From the IMG/VR virus record IMGVR_UViG_2909298281_000003: a stretch of 44,769 nt of DNA. One strand, 5' to 3'. The notes below the pieces were generated by a model, which was not told where the DNA came from, searched no databases, and saw only the letters and a program-made list of their open reading frames with translations. The stretch comes from a virus. Lineage: Duplodnaviria > Heunggongvirae > Uroviricota > Caudoviricetes. The position numbers and the translations under genes were made by a program. This document shows positions 11,944 to 25,641 of the stretch, piece by piece (positions within the stretch are counted from its first letter, which is position 1; every line of letters begins with the position of its first letter).

Positions 11944-12939
11944 GTGACCGTGAGAGCACTACTGACCCCTGAAATTGCCCCGCGTATGGGGATCGTATTG
12001 TTCAGGCCCGGTTCAGAGCTGATGCCCCTGTTTATGCAGGGGCGTGTACTGCTGGAGCCTGAGCCGGAGCATTATTCATCTTTCGCCAGTGGTGCCGTTC
12101 CCGCGGCATCACAACCGCTGGCGGATGATCCTGCCGTTCGGGCCGTGTTCCGTAATGAGGCAGTGATTCGTCGTGCTGGTGGGGTGGAATGTCTTGAAAG
12201 CTGGTTACTTCGTGAAAAAGGCTGCCAGTGGCCTCATTCCGACTGGCACAGCGAGAACATGACCACAATGCGACACGCGCCGGGCGCAATCCGTCTGTGC
12301 TGGCACTGCGATAATCAGTTACGTGATCAGTTCACGGAGCGGCTGGAATCAATGGCAACGGATAACTGTGCCCATTGGGTGTTGTCTGTAGTCCGTCGGG
12401 ATCTCGATTTTAATGATAACCATGCCGTGACAATGCCGGAACTGTGCTGGTGGCTGGTTCGTAATGACCTGGCGGATGCCTTACCGGAAAGCGCAGCCCG
12501 TAAGGCACTGAGATTACCGAAGTCTGTTTTGCCGTCTGTCACCCGGGAAAGTGACCTTGTGCCTTCGGTTCCTGCCACCAGCATTATCCAGGATAAAGCG
12601 AAAAAGGTGCTGGCGCTGAAAGTGGATCCGGAGTCGCCGGAGTCTTTTATGTTACGCCCCAAACGTCGTCGCTGGGTTAATGAACAGTACACGCGCTGGG
12701 TTAAGACGCAGCCGTGTGCATGTTGTGGAAAGCTAGCTGATGATCCGCATCATCTGATAGGCCATGGTCAGGGTGGAATGGGTACAAAAGCGCATGACCT
12801 TTTTGTGCTGCCTTTGTGCAGAAAACACCACGACGAACTGCATGCGGATACCGTGGCATTTGAAGAGAAGTATGGCTCCCAGCTGGAGCTGATATTTCGT
12901 TTTATCGATCGCGCACTGGCGATTGGTGTGCTGGCCTGA
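11944..12939 (+). CDS. DUF968-family protein (YdfU/YbcO-like) with Cys/His-rich C-terminus
   Basis: C-terminal CACCGK ... [30 protein letters not shown] motif. Confidence 0.6.
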   Translation: MTVRALLTPEIAPRMGIVLFRPGSELMPLFMQGRVLLEPEPEHYSSFASGAVPAASQPLADDPAVRAVFRNEAVIRRAGGVECLESWLLREKGCQWPHSDWHSENMTTMRHAPGAIRLCWHCDNQLRDQFTERLESMATDNCAHWVLSVVRRDLDFNDNHAVTMPELCWWLVRNDLADALPESAARKALRLPKSVLPSVTRESDLVPSVPATSIIQDKAKKVLALKVDPESPESFMLRPKRRRWVNEQYTRWVKTQPCACCGKLADDPHHLIGHGQGGMGTKAHDLFVLPLCRKHHDELHADTVAFEEKYGSQLELIFRFIDRALAIGVLA

Positions 12940-12956
12940 TTTTGTGGAGAAAGTTA

Positions 12957-13340
12957 ATGCGTGATATTCAGATGGTTCTTGAACGTTGGGGAGCGTGGGC
13001 GGCTAATAATCATGAAGATGTGACCTGGTCGTCCATTGCCGCCGGTTTTAAGGGATTAATTCCTTCAAAAGTAAAATCTCGCCCGCAATGTTGTGACGAT
13101 GACGCGATGATCATTTGCGGGTGCATGGCCCGTCTGAAAAAGAACAACAGCGATTTGCACGATTTATTAGTAGATTATTATGTAGTCGGTATGACATTCA
13201 TGTCACTGGCAGGTAAGCATTGCTGCTCTGATGGTTATATCGGGAAAAGGTTACAGAAGGCTGAGGGCATAATTGAAGGGATGTTAATGGCATTAGATAT
13301 CCGGTTAGAGATGGATATCGTTGTTAATAACTCTAATTAA
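12957..13340 (+). CDS. Q: Late-gene antitermination protein Q
   Basis: Position immediately before the lysis region; GGAGAAAG ribosome-binding site before ATG 12957; family assignment from memory. Confidence 0.6.
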   Translation: MRDIQMVLERWGAWAANNHEDVTWSSIAAGFKGLIPSKVKSRPQCCDDDAMIICGCMARLKKNNSDLHDLLVDYYVVGMTFMSLAGKHCCSDGYIGKRLQKAEGIIEGMLMALDIRLEMDIVVNNSN

Positions 13341-13361
13341 TATGCCAATTGTTTACTGAAA

Positions 13362-13391
13362 GTTATTAAAAATGGGGCGTTGCAACGCCCC
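13362..13391 (-). terminator. Rho-independent terminator of the porin transcript
   Basis: Perfect stem ggggcg/cgcccc followed on the minus strand by ATTTTT. Confidence 0.6.
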
Positions 13392-13529
13392 CAAAAATAA
13401 AGGGTAATATATAACAGAAGGTTTATATAGTTAGAAGCAAGGTTGTGCTCCTAAAGGAAGTGGCTTGAGGGAGCCACTTATATGTTGGGGAGGCAACGCC
13501 TCCCGCAACATATCTTTTTCGTAATCAGA
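13362..13529 (-). ncRNA. ipeX: IpeX-like 3'-UTR RNA of the prophage porin gene
   Basis: 168-nt untranslated, hairpin-rich stretch between the porin stop and its terminator, the arrangement described for ipeX downstream of nmpC. Confidence 0.35.
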
Positions 13530-14627
13530 TTAGAACTGGTAAACCAGACCTACAGCAACGATGTCATCAGTGCTTACACCGAGTGCTTTAGTGAAGTCAT
13601 TTTTGTCAAGCAGGTTGATTTTGTAATCAACGAAAGTAGACATATTTTTGTTGAAGTAATAGGTTGCACCTACATCAACATATTTGACTAAGTCCTGATC
13701 GCCCCATACTCCAAGATCCTTACCTTTAGATTGCAGGTAAGCAACGGACGGACGCAGACCGAAATCGAACTGATATTGTGCAACAGCTTCGAAGTTTTGA
13801 GCTTTATTAGCAACGAAGTGATCAGCAAATACAGTCATATTCTGGGTTTCAGAATAGGTAGTGGCCAGGTAAATGTTGTTAGCGTCATATTTCAGACCTG
13901 CGGCCCAAACTTCTGCATTTTTACCGGAAGCAAATACTTCAGGAAGAACTTTCCCTGCATTAACTTGAGTGTCGGTACGATCAGATTTCGCATAAGTTGC
14001 ACCGATACCGAATCCTTCGTATTCATAGGTAGCAGAGAAACCGAAGCCATCACCGTTACCTTCGGTGTAGTTATCGAAATCGCTACGATCGTTTTTGCCT
14101 TGGTACTGAGCAGCAAAGTTCAGACCATCAACCAGACCAAAGAAGTCGTTGTTACGATAGGTTGCAACACCAGTGGTGCGACCAGTCATGAACACATCTG
14201 TTTGGGTCCAGGTATCGCCACCGAATTCTGGCAGAACGTCAGTCCACGCACCGATGTCGTATGCTACACCGTAGTTACGGCCGTAATCGATTGAGCCGTA
14301 GTCACCGAATTTCAGGCCTGCAAATGCAAGACGGGTTTTGTCTTTGGAGGAACCTTGAGATTCAGCGCGGTTGCCTTTGAATTCATATTCCCACTGACCG
14401 AAACCAGTCAGCTGATCGTTGATTTGGGTTTCGCCTTTGAAGCCCAGACGAACATAAGTAGTATCACCATCATCTGCATCGTTAGAGGAAAAGTAGTGCT
14501 TGGCATTAACTTTCCCGTACAGATCCAGCTTGTTACTGTCTTTATTATAAATTTCAGCTGCCTGAGCAGACATCGCCATCAGTACTGATGCAGCTACAGC
14601 AGAAATTGCCACTGTTAATTTTTTCAT
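13530..14627 (-). CDS. nmpC: Phage-encoded OmpC-family porin (NmpC/Lc-like)
   Basis: 365-aa ORF with signal peptide and C-terminal aromatic residue (…YQF). Confidence 0.9.
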   Translation of the reverse strand: MKKLTVAISAVAASVLMAMSAQAAEIYNKDSNKLDLYGKVNAKHYFSSNDADDGDTTYVRLGFKGETQINDQLTGFGQWEYEFKGNRAESQGSSKDKTRLAFAGLKFGDYGSIDYGRNYGVAYDIGAWTDVLPEFGGDTWTQTDVFMTGRTTGVATYRNNDFFGLVDGLNFAAQYQGKNDRSDFDNYTEGNGDGFGFSATYEYEGFGIGATYAKSDRTDTQVNAGKVLPEVFASGKNAEVWAAGLKYDANNIYLATTYSETQNMTVFADHFVANKAQNFEAVAQYQFDFGLRPSVAYLQSKGKDLGVWGDQDLVKYVDVGATYYFNKNMSTFVDYKINLLDKNDFTKALGVSTDDIVAVGLVYQF

Positions 14628-15215
14628 CGTGAGCCCTTTTTTTTGAACTATTATTAAAAAATGATGTCACTGCGCGATAAATATTCATCTAATCAATGTG
14701 ATTATTTCAAGATGTAAGTTTTAGTTTCTCATTTAATTTGTGAAGTAGATCTCTATTTTTATCTGAACTTTTTCTATCGAAACCTATTTATGGCTCTTAT
14801 TTGAACAAAAATAAATCTATTAGCTAATTTATATTAATGGCTGTTATTTATGGTGGTTCTATAATTCGTCTGTTTAATTTAAACCAGCTAAAAATAACAC
14901 TGGAAATTATTTATTGGTTATTTGTTGAAGTTTTCTTATGTATTTGTGGTGATGTTTTGAACACTCGGTAGCATTCTCATAAATATCATTCAGTGGTTTA
15001 CGTACGTAAAAAATTGGTTATGCTGTTAAGAGTGGTTACTTCGTCACACAGCTTAAACCCGCCGTCGAGCTGGTTTTTCCATTTTTTGAGTCTCGATATT
15101 AGCTGATAACTCAATACCTGAGTTATTCACTGACTCGGAGTCAGTTACGTTTCTGCTTTTTTGCGATACGTTGTATTCCCTCAATTTACACCCGCTTTGT
15201 CTGCGAGGTGGGGTT

Positions 15216-15431
15216 ATGAAATTCATGGATAAGTTAACAACTGGAGTCGCCTATGGCACCTCAGCAGGTAGTGCCGGTTACTGGTTTTTACAGCTGCTCG
15301 ATAAAGTCACTCCCTCACAGTGGGCAGCAATAGGTGTGCTGGGTAGCCTGGTATTTGGCCTGCTGACGTACCTGACAAACCTTTATTTCAAGATTAAAGA
15401 AGATAAGCGCAAGGCCGCGAGAGGTGAATAA
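15216..15431 (+). CDS. S: Phage-21-type class II holin (pinholin S21-like), dual-start motif MKFM
   Basis: 71-aa product [26 protein letters not shown]…; two transmembrane segments. Confidence 0.85.
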
Positions 15432-15928
15432 TGCCTCCATCATTACGAAAAGCCGTTGCTGCTGCTATTGGTGGCGGAGCAATTGCTATAGCATCAGTGT
15501 TAATCACTGGCCCAAGTGGTAACGATGGTCTGGAAGGTGTCAGCTACATACCATACAAAGATATTGTTGGTGTATGGACTGTATGTCACGGACACACCGG
15601 AAAAGACATCATGCTCGGTAAAACGTATACCAAAGCAGAATGCAAAGCACTCTTGAATAAAGACCTTGCCACTGTCGCCAGACAAATTAACCCGTATATC
15701 AAAGTCGATATACCGGAAACAACGCGCGGCGCTCTTTACTCATTCGTTTACAACGTGGGTGCTGGCAATTTTAGAACATCGACGCTTCTTCGCAAAATAA
15801 ACCAGGGCGATATCAAAGGCGCATGTGATCAGCTGCGTCGCTGGACATACGCTGGCGGTAAGCAATGGAAAGGCCTGATGACTCGTCGTGAGATTGAGCG
15901 TGAAGTCTGTTTGTGGGGGCAACAGTGA
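15431..15928 (+). CDS. R: SAR endolysin (lysozyme with N-terminal signal-anchor-release domain)
   Basis: 165-aa ORF with Gly/Ala-rich N-terminal transmembrane segment. Confidence 0.85.
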
Positions 15929-16385
15929 GCAGAGTAACCGCGATTATATCCGCTCTGATTATCTGCATCATCGTCAGCCTGTCATGGGCGGTCAATCATT
16001 ACCGTGATAACGCAATCGCCTACAAAGTCCAGCGCGACAAAAATGCCAGAGAACTGAAGCTAGCGAACGCGGCAATTACTGACATGCAGATGCGTCAGCG
16101 TGATGTTGCTGCGCTCGATGCAAAATACACGAAGGAGTTAGCTGATGCGAAAGCTGAAAATGATGCTCTGCGTGATGATGTTGCCGCTGGTCGTCGTCGG
16201 TTGCACATCAAAGCAGTCTGTCAGTCAGTGCGTGAAGCCACCACGGCCTCCGGCGTGGATAATGCAGCCTCCCCCGACTGGCAGACACCGCTGAACGGGA
16301 TTATTTCACCCTCAGAGAGAGGCTGATCACTATGCAAAAACAACTGGAAGGAACCCAGAAGTATATTAATGAGCAGTGCAGATAG
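15913..16385 (+). pseudogene. Rz: Spanin Rz (i-spanin), frameshifted by loss of one C in the run at 16271-16275
   Basis: N-terminal frame reads lambda-like Rz to …GVDNAASP then fuses to the Rz1 C-terminus; the Rz C-terminus [36 protein letters not shown] is open in the adjacent frame to 16385. Confidence 0.7.
16145..16326 (+). pseudogene. Rz1: Spanin Rz1 (o-spanin lipoprotein) embedded in Rz, disrupted by the same single-base deletion
   Basis: [25 protein letters not shown]… lipobox; in this sequence the frame ends early at 16294 while the expected C-terminus [16 protein letters not shown] is in the Rz N-terminal frame. Confidence 0.65.
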
Positions 16386-16416
16386 AGCTGACCATATCGA
16401 TGGGCAACTCATGCAA

Positions 16417-16710
16417 TTATTTTGAGCAATACACACGCGCTTCCAGCGGAGTATAAATGCCTAAAGTAATAAAACCGAGCAATCCATTTACGAATGTTTG
16501 CTGGGTTTCTGTTTTAACAACATTTTCTGCGCCGCCACAAATTTTAGCTGCATCGACAGTTTTCTTCTGCCCAATTCCAGAAACGAAGAAATGATGGGTG
16601 ATGGTTTCCTTTGGTGCTACTGCTGTCTGTTTGTTTTGAACAGTAAATGTCTGTTGAGCACATCCTGTAATAAGCAGGGCCAGCGCAGTAGCGAGTAGCA
16701 TTTTTTTCAT
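16417..16710 (-). CDS. bor: Bor lipoprotein (serum-resistance moron)
   Basis: 97-aa ORF MKKMLLATALALLITGCAQQ… matching lambda Bor. Confidence 0.9.
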   Translation of the reverse strand: MKKMLLATALALLITGCAQQTFTVQNKQTAVAPKETITHHFFVSGIGQKKTVDAAKICGGAENVVKTETQQTFVNGLLGFITLGIYTPLEARVYCSK

Positions 16711-17000
16711 GGTGTTATTCCCGATGCTTTTTGAAGTTCGCAGAATCGTATGTGTAGAAAATTAAACAAACCCTAAACAATGAGTTGAAATTTCATATTG
16801 TTAATATTTATTAATGTATGCCAGGTGCGATGAATCGTCATTGTATTCCCGGATTAACTATGTCCACAGCCCTGACGGGGAACTTCTCTGCGGGAGTGTC
16901 CGGGAATAATTAAAAACGATGCACACAGGGTTTAGCGCGTACATGCATTGTATTATGCCAACACCCCGGTGCTGACACGGAAGAAACCGGACGTTATGAT

Positions 17001-17411
17001 TTAGCGTGGAAAGATTTGTGTAGTGTTCTGAATGCTCTCAGTAAATAGTAATGAATTATCAAAGGTATAGTAATATCTTTTATGTTCGTGGATATTTGTA
17101 ATCCATCGGAAAACTCCTGCTTTAGCAAGATTTTCCCTGTATTGCTGAAATGTGATTTCTCTTGATTTCAACCTATCATAGGACGTTTCTATAAGATGCG
17201 TATTTCTTGAGAATTTAACATTTACAACCTTTTTAAGTCCTTTTATTAACACGGTGTTATCGTTTTCTAACACAATGTGAATATTATCTGTGGCTAGATA
17301 GTAAATATAATGTGAGACATTGTGACGTTTTAGTTCAGAATAAAACAATTCACAGTTTAAATCTTTTCGCACTTGATCGAATATTTCTTTAAAAATGGCA
17401 ACCTGAGCCAT
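17001..17411 (-). CDS. ybcV: DUF1398-family protein (YbcV / lambda p78-like), AT-rich
   Basis: 136 aa from the internal ATG; position between bor and cos as in lambda and DLP12. Confidence 0.55.
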   Translation of the reverse strand: MAQVAIFKEIFDQVRKDLNCELFYSELKRHNVSHYIYYLATDNIHIVLENDNTVLIKGLKKVVNVKFSRNTHLIETSYDRLKSREITFQQYRENLAKAGVFRWITNIHEHKRYYYTFDNSLLFTESIQNTTQIFPR

Positions 17412-17696
17412 TGGTAAAACCTTCCATGTGATACGAGGGCGCGTAGTTTGCATTATCGTTTTTATCGCTTCAATCTGGTCTGACCTCTTTGTGTTTTGTT
17501 GATGATTTATGTCAAATATTAGGAATGTTTTCAATTAATAGTATTGGTTGCGTAACAAAGTGCGGTCCTGCTGGCATTCTGGAGGGAAATACAACCGACA
17601 GATGTATGTAAGGCCAACGTGCTCAAACCTTCATACAGAAAGATTTGAAGTAATATTTTAACCGCTAGATGAAGAGCAAGCGCATGGAGCGACAAA

Positions 17697-17903
17697 ATGA
17701 ATAAAGAACAATCTGCTGATGATCCCTCCGTGGATCTGATTCGTGTAAAAAATATGCTTAATAGCACCATTTCTATGAGTTACCCTGATGTTGTAATTGC
17801 ATGTATAGAACATAAGGTGTCTCTGGAAGCATTCAGGGCAATTGAGGCAGCGTTGGTGAAGCACGATAATAATATGAAGGATTATTCCCTGGTGGTTGAC
17901 TGA
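17697..17903 (+). CDS. ybcW: Small protein, YbcW / lambda p79-like (68 aa)
   Basis: 68-aa ORF at the lambda-equivalent position, about 560 bp before cosN. Confidence 0.5.
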
Positions 17904-18067
17904 TCACCATAACTGCTAATCATTCAAACTACTTAACCTGTGACAGAGCCAACACGCAGTCTGTCACTGTCAGGAAAGTGGTAAAACTGCAACTCAATTA
18001 CTGCAATGCCCTCGTAATTAAGTGAATTTACAATATCGTCCTGTTCGGAGGGAAGAACGCGGGATGT

Positions 18068-18262
18068 TCATTCTTCATCACTTTTAATTGATGTATATGC
18101 TCTCTTTTCTGACGTTAGCCTCCGACGGCAGGCTTCAATGACCCAGGCTGAGAAATTCCCGGACCCTTTTTGCTCAAGAGCGATGTTAATTTGTTCAATC
18201 ATTTGGTTAGGAAAGCGGATGTTGCGGGTTGTTGTTCTGCGGGTTCTGTTCTTAGTTGACAT
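18068..18262 (-). CDS. Small basic protein, YlcI-like (DUF3950)
   Basis: 64-aa ORF, Arg/Thr-rich N-terminus. Confidence 0.4.
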   Translation of the reverse strand: MSTKNRTRRTTTRNIRFPNQMIEQINIALEQKGSGNFSAWVIEACRRRLTSEKRAYTSIKSDEE

Positions 18263-18439
18263 GAGGTTGCCCCGTATTCAGTGTCGCTGATTTGTATTGT
18301 CTGAAGTTGTTTTTACGTTAAGTTGATGCAGATCAATTAATACGATACCTGCGTCATAATTGATTATTTGACGTGGTTTGATGGCGTAGATGCACGTTGT
18401 GACATGTAGATGATAATTATTATCATTTTGTGGGTCCTT

Positions 18440-18650
18440 TCCGGCGATCCGACAGGTTACGGGGCGGCGACCTCGCGGGTTTTCGCTATTTATGAAAATT
18501 TTCCGGTTTAAGGCATTTCCGTTCTTCTTCGTCGTAACTTAATGTTTTTATTTAAAATACCCCCTGAAAAGAAAGGAAACGACAGGTGCTGAAAACGAGC
18601 TTTTGGGCCTCTGTCGTTTCCTTTCTCTGTTTTTGGCCGTGGAATGAACA
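18440..18650 (+). promoter_or_regulatory. cos: cos site (cosN with 12-nt cohesive end GGGCGGCGACCT at 18462-18473, plus cosB) for terminase
   Basis: Matches the lambda left-end sequence gggcggcgacctcgcgggttttcgctatttatgaaaattttccggtttaagg as recalled. Confidence 0.85.
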
Positions 18651-19196
18651 ATGGAAGTCAACAAAAAGCAGCTGGCTGACATTTTCGGTGCGAGTATCCG
18701 TACCATTCAGAACTGGCAGGAACAGGGAATGCCCGTTCTGCGAGGCGGTGGCAAGGGTAATGAGGTGCTTTATGACTCTGCCGCCGTTATAAGATGGTAT
18801 GCCGAAAGGGATGCTGAAATTGAGAACGAAAAGCTGCGCCGGGAAGTTGAAGAACTGCGGCAGGCCAGCGAGACAGATCTCCAGCCAGGGACTATTGAGT
18901 ACGAACGCCATCGACTTACGCGTGCGCAGGCCGACGCACAGGAGCTGAAAAATGCCAGAGACTCCGCTGAAGTGGTGGAAACCGCATTCTGTACTTTCGT
19001 GCTGTCGCGGATCGCAGGTGAAATTGCCAGTATTCTCGACGGGATCCCCCTGTCGGTGCAGCGGCGTTTTCCGGAACTGGAAAACCGACATGTTGATTTC
19101 CTGAAACGGGATATCATCAAAGCCATGAACAAAGCAGCCGCGCTGGATGAACTGATACCGGGGTTGCTGAGTGAATATATCGAACAGTCAGGTTAA
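18651..19196 (+). CDS. nu1: Terminase small subunit Nu1
   Basis: 181-aa ORF MEVNKKQLADIFGASIRTIQNWQEQGMPV… as lambda Nu1. Confidence 0.95.
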   Translation: MEVNKKQLADIFGASIRTIQNWQEQGMPVLRGGGKGNEVLYDSAAVIRWYAERDAEIENEKLRREVEELRQASETDLQPGTIEYERHRLTRAQADAQELKNARDSAEVVETAFCTFVLSRIAGEIASILDGIPLSVQRRFPELENRHVDFLKRDIIKAMNKAAALDELIPGLLSEYIEQSG

Positions 19197-19723
19197 CAGG
19201 CTGCGGCATTTTGTCCGCGCCGGGCTTCGCTCACTGTTCAGGCCGGAGCCACAGACCGCCGTTGAATGGGCGGATGCTAATTACTATCTCCCGAAAGAAT
19301 CCGCATACCAGGAAGGGCGCTGGGAAACACTGCCCTTTCAGCGGGCCATCATGAATGCGATGGGCAGCGACTACATCCGTGAGGTGAATGTGGTGAAGTC
19401 TGCCCGTGTCGGTTATTCCAAAATGCTGCTGGGTGTTTATGCCTACTTTATAGAGCATAAGCAGCGCAACACACTTATCTGGTTGCCGACGGATGGTGAT
19501 GCCGAGAACTTTATGAAAACCCACGTTGAGCCGACCATCCGCGATATTCCGTCGCTGCTGGCGCTGGCTCCGTGGTATGGCAAAAAGCACCGGGATAACA
19601 CGCTCACTATGAAGCGTTTTTCCAATGGTCGTGGCTTCTGGTGCCTGGGCGGTAAAGCGGCAAAAAACTACCGTGAAAAGTCGGTGGATGTGGCGGGTTA
19701 TGATGAACTTGCTGCCTTTGATG
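19171..19723 (+). pseudogene. A: Terminase large subunit A, N-terminal fragment, interrupted by an IS66-family insertion
   Basis: Lambda gpA N-terminus up to …GYDELAAFD, then reading continues into IS sequence. Confidence 0.9.
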
Positions 19724-19724
19724 G

Positions 19725-19800
19725 TAACCGGCTCATTTAAACCGTCTGGTCTGTTTCCTCCGTAACCGGCTCATTTAAACCGTCTGGTCTGTTTCCTCCG
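19725..19800 (+). repeat. Tandem duplication of the 38-bp IS66 left-end sequence
   Basis: taaccggctcatttaaaccgtctggtctgtttcctccg occurs twice back to back (19725-19762, 19763-19800). Confidence 0.8.
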
Positions 19801-19814
19801 GCTCTACAAAAATA

Positions 19815-20492
19815 ATGTCCATCATTTTTAATGGACACTATCGTATGAAACACCGGACCTGGATCACTGAAGCTTTACGTCTTCACTTTGAAGAACATTT
19901 ACCCCGGGTTGTGGCCGGGCGTCGCCTGGGTGTACCAAAATCAACAGTTTGTAGTATGTTCGTGCGCTTTCGGAGAGCTGGCCTTTCGTGGCCTTTGCCC
20001 GCAGGCATGTCGGAGCAGGAACTTGATGCCTGCCTTTACGGACAATTTTCCACGGTACCAGTCGTACGTCCTGAAAGCACCGTTATATCCGAAGCCCCCG
20101 TGGTAAAAAAACGTCCCCGGCGGCCCAACTTCCCTTATGAGTTTAAAATCGCCTTAGTGGAGCAGTCACTGCAGCCCGGAGCCTGTGTGGCGCAGATCGC
20201 CCGGGAAAACGGAATCAACGATAACCTGCTCTTCAACTGGCGCCATCAATACCGGAAAGGTGGCCTGCTGCCTTCCGGAAAAAATATGCCGGCACTGCTT
20301 CCCGTGACGTTAACGCCGGAGCCGGATAATAAAATCCCGGCCCCCGCACAGGAACCAGAGCAGATAAATACACCGTCCGACAGTCTGTGTTGTGAGCTGG
20401 TTCTGCCGGCCGGAACTCTCAGGCTTAAAGGTAAACTGACGCCTGCGTTATTACAGACACTTATCCGCGAAATAAAAGGGAGCAGCCACTGA
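19815..20492 (+). CDS. tnpA: IS66-family accessory protein TnpA (orf1); start uncertain
   Basis: HTH region FKIALVEQSLQPGACVAQIARENGINDNLLFNWRHQY typical of IS66 orf1. Confidence 0.7.
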   Translation: MSIIFNGHYRMKHRTWITEALRLHFEEHLPRVVAGRRLGVPKSTVCSMFVRFRRAGLSWPLPAGMSEQELDACLYGQFSTVPVVRPESTVISEAPVVKKRPRRPNFPYEFKIALVEQSLQPGACVAQIARENGINDNLLFNWRHQYRKGGLLPSGKNMPALLPVTLTPEPDNKIPAPAQEPEQINTPSDSLCCELVLPAGTLRLKGKLTPALLQTLIREIKGSSH

Positions 20493-20839
20493 TGATATCT
20501 CTCCCTGCAGGTTCGCGTATCTGGCTGGTTGCAGGTATCACCGATATGCGAAATGGCTTTAACGGCCTGGCATCAAAAGTTCAGAACGTCCTGAAGGATG
20601 ACCCGTTCTCCGGACACCTGTTCATCTTCCGCGGACGCCGGGGTGACCAGATAAAAGTGTTGTGGGCTGACAGTGACGGACTGTGCCTCTTCACCAAACG
20701 CCTGGAGCGGGGCCGCTTCGTCTGGCCAGTCACCCGTGACGGCAAGGTGCACCTTACTCCGGCTCAGTTATCCATGCTTCTTGAAGGTATCAACTGGAAG
20801 CACCCGAAACGAACGGAACGCGCTGGAATCCGCATATAA
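20492..20839 (+). CDS. tnpB: IS66-family TnpB (orf2)
   Basis: 115-aa ORF MISLPAGSRIWLVAGITDMRNGFNGLA…, start overlaps the tnpA stop. Confidence 0.8.
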   Translation: MISLPAGSRIWLVAGITDMRNGFNGLASKVQNVLKDDPFSGHLFIFRGRRGDQIKVLWADSDGLCLFTKRLERGRFVWPVTRDGKVHLTPAQLSMLLEGINWKHPKRTERAGIRI

Positions 20840-20858
20840 CCCGTTGTAAAGTGAGGAT

Positions 20859-22429
20859 ATGGACACCTCACTTGCTCATGAGAACGCCCGCCTGCGGGCA
20901 CTGTTGCAGACGCAACAGGACACCATCCGCCAGATGGCTGAATACAACCGCCTGCTCTCACAGCGGGTGGCGGCTTATGCTTCCGAAATCAACCGGCTGA
21001 AGGCGCTGGTTGCGAAACTGCAACGTATGCAGTTCGGTAAAAGCTCAGAAAAACTTCGTGCAAAAACCGAACGACAGATACAGGAAGCACAGGAGCGAAT
21101 CAGCGCACTTCAGGAAGAAATGGCGGAAACGCTGGGTGAGCAATATGACCCGGTACTGCCATCCGCCCTGCGCCAGTCTTCAGCCCGTAAACCGTTACCG
21201 GCCTCACTTCCCGTGAAACCCGGGTTATCCGGCCGGAAGAGGAATGCTGTCCTGCCTGTGGTGGTGAACTCAGTTCTCTGGGATGTGATGTGTCAGAGCA
21301 ACTGGAGCTTATCAGCAGCGCCTTTAAGGTTATCGAAACACAACGTCCGAAACTGGCCTGTTGCCGGTGCGACCATATCGTGCAGGCACCAGTACCTTCA
21401 AAACCCATTGCACGCAGTTATGCCGGAGCGGGGCTTCTTGCCCATGTTGTCAGCGGGAAATATGCAGACCATCTGCCGTTATACCGCCAGTCAGAAATAT
21501 ACCGTCGTCAGGGAGTGGAGCTGAGCCGTGCCACACTGGGGCGCTGGACAGGTGCTGTTGCTGAACTGCTGGAGCCGCTGTATGACGTCCTGCGCCAGTA
21601 TGTGCTGATGCCCGGTAAAGTCCATGCTGATGATATCCCCGTCCCGGTCCAGGAGCCGGGCAGCGGTAAAACCCGGACAGCCCGGCTGTGGGTCTACGTC
21701 CGTGATGACCGTAACGCCGGTTCACAGATGCCCCCGGCGGTCTGGTTCGCGTACAGTCCGGACCGGAAAGGTATCCATCCACAAAATCACCTGGCCGGTT
21801 ACAGCGGTGTGCTTCAGGCCGATGCTTACGGTGGTTACCGGGCGTTATACGAATCCGGCAGAATAACGGAAGCCGCGTGTATGGCTCATGCCCGGAGAAA
21901 AATCCACGATGTGCATGCAAGAGCGCCCACCTACATCACCACGGAAGCCCTGCAGCGTATCGGTGAACTGTATGCCATCGAGGCAGAGGTCCGGGGCTGT
22001 TCAGCAGAACAGCGTCTGGCGGCAAGAAAAGCCAGAGCCGCGCCACTGATGCAGTCACTGTATGACTGGATACAGCAACAGATGAAAACACTGTCGCGTC
22101 ACTCAGATACGGCAAAAGCGTTCGCATACCTGCTGAAACAGTGGGATGCACTGAACGTGTACTGCAGTAATGGCTGGGTGGAAATCGACAACAACATCGC
22201 AGAGAACGCCTTACGGGGAGTGGCCGTAGGCCGGAAAAACTGGATGTTCGCGGGTTCCGACAGCGGTGGTGAACATGCGGCGGTGTTGTACTCGCTGATC
22301 GGCACATGCCGTCTGAACAATGTGGAGCCAGAAAAGTGGCTGCGTTACGTCATTGAACATATCCAGGACTGGCCGGCAAACCGGGTACGCGATCTGTTGC
22401 CCTGGAAAGTTGATCTGAGCTCTCAGTAA
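20859..22429 (+). pseudogene. tnpC: IS66-family transposase TnpC, frameshifted by loss of one C at 21210-21212
   Basis: Two overlapping ORFs (20859-21524, 21290-22429); the continuous reading …LPASLP|[20 protein letters not shown]… needs one extra C in cttcccgtg. Confidence 0.7.
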
Positions 22430-22460
22430 ATATCAATACGGTTCTGACGAGTCGCTTACC

Positions 22461-25621
<3,161 letters not shown>

Positions 25622-25641
<20 letters not shown>

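Larger units (their letters stand above)
19724..22459 (+). mobile_element. IS66-family insertion sequence (tnpA-tnpB-tnpC) with 8-bp target-site duplication CTTTGATG
   Basis: Direct repeat CTTTGATG at 19716-19723 and 22460-22467; imperfect terminal inverted repeats GTAACCGGCTC… / …GAGTCGCTTAC. Confidence 0.85.

Noticed and set aside
14628-15215. Search for tRNA genes between Q and the lysis genes, as seen in some Stx phages
   Set aside because: No cloverleaf-compatible sequence or T-loop motif seen; the region is AT-rich promoter-like DNA.
18552-19091. 179-aa minus-strand ORF across cos and nu1
   Set aside because: Antisense to the well-supported Nu1 gene and the cos site.
21450-22307. ORFs antisense to or out of frame within IS66 tnpC
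   Set aside because: Overlap the transposase reading frame; no independent support.
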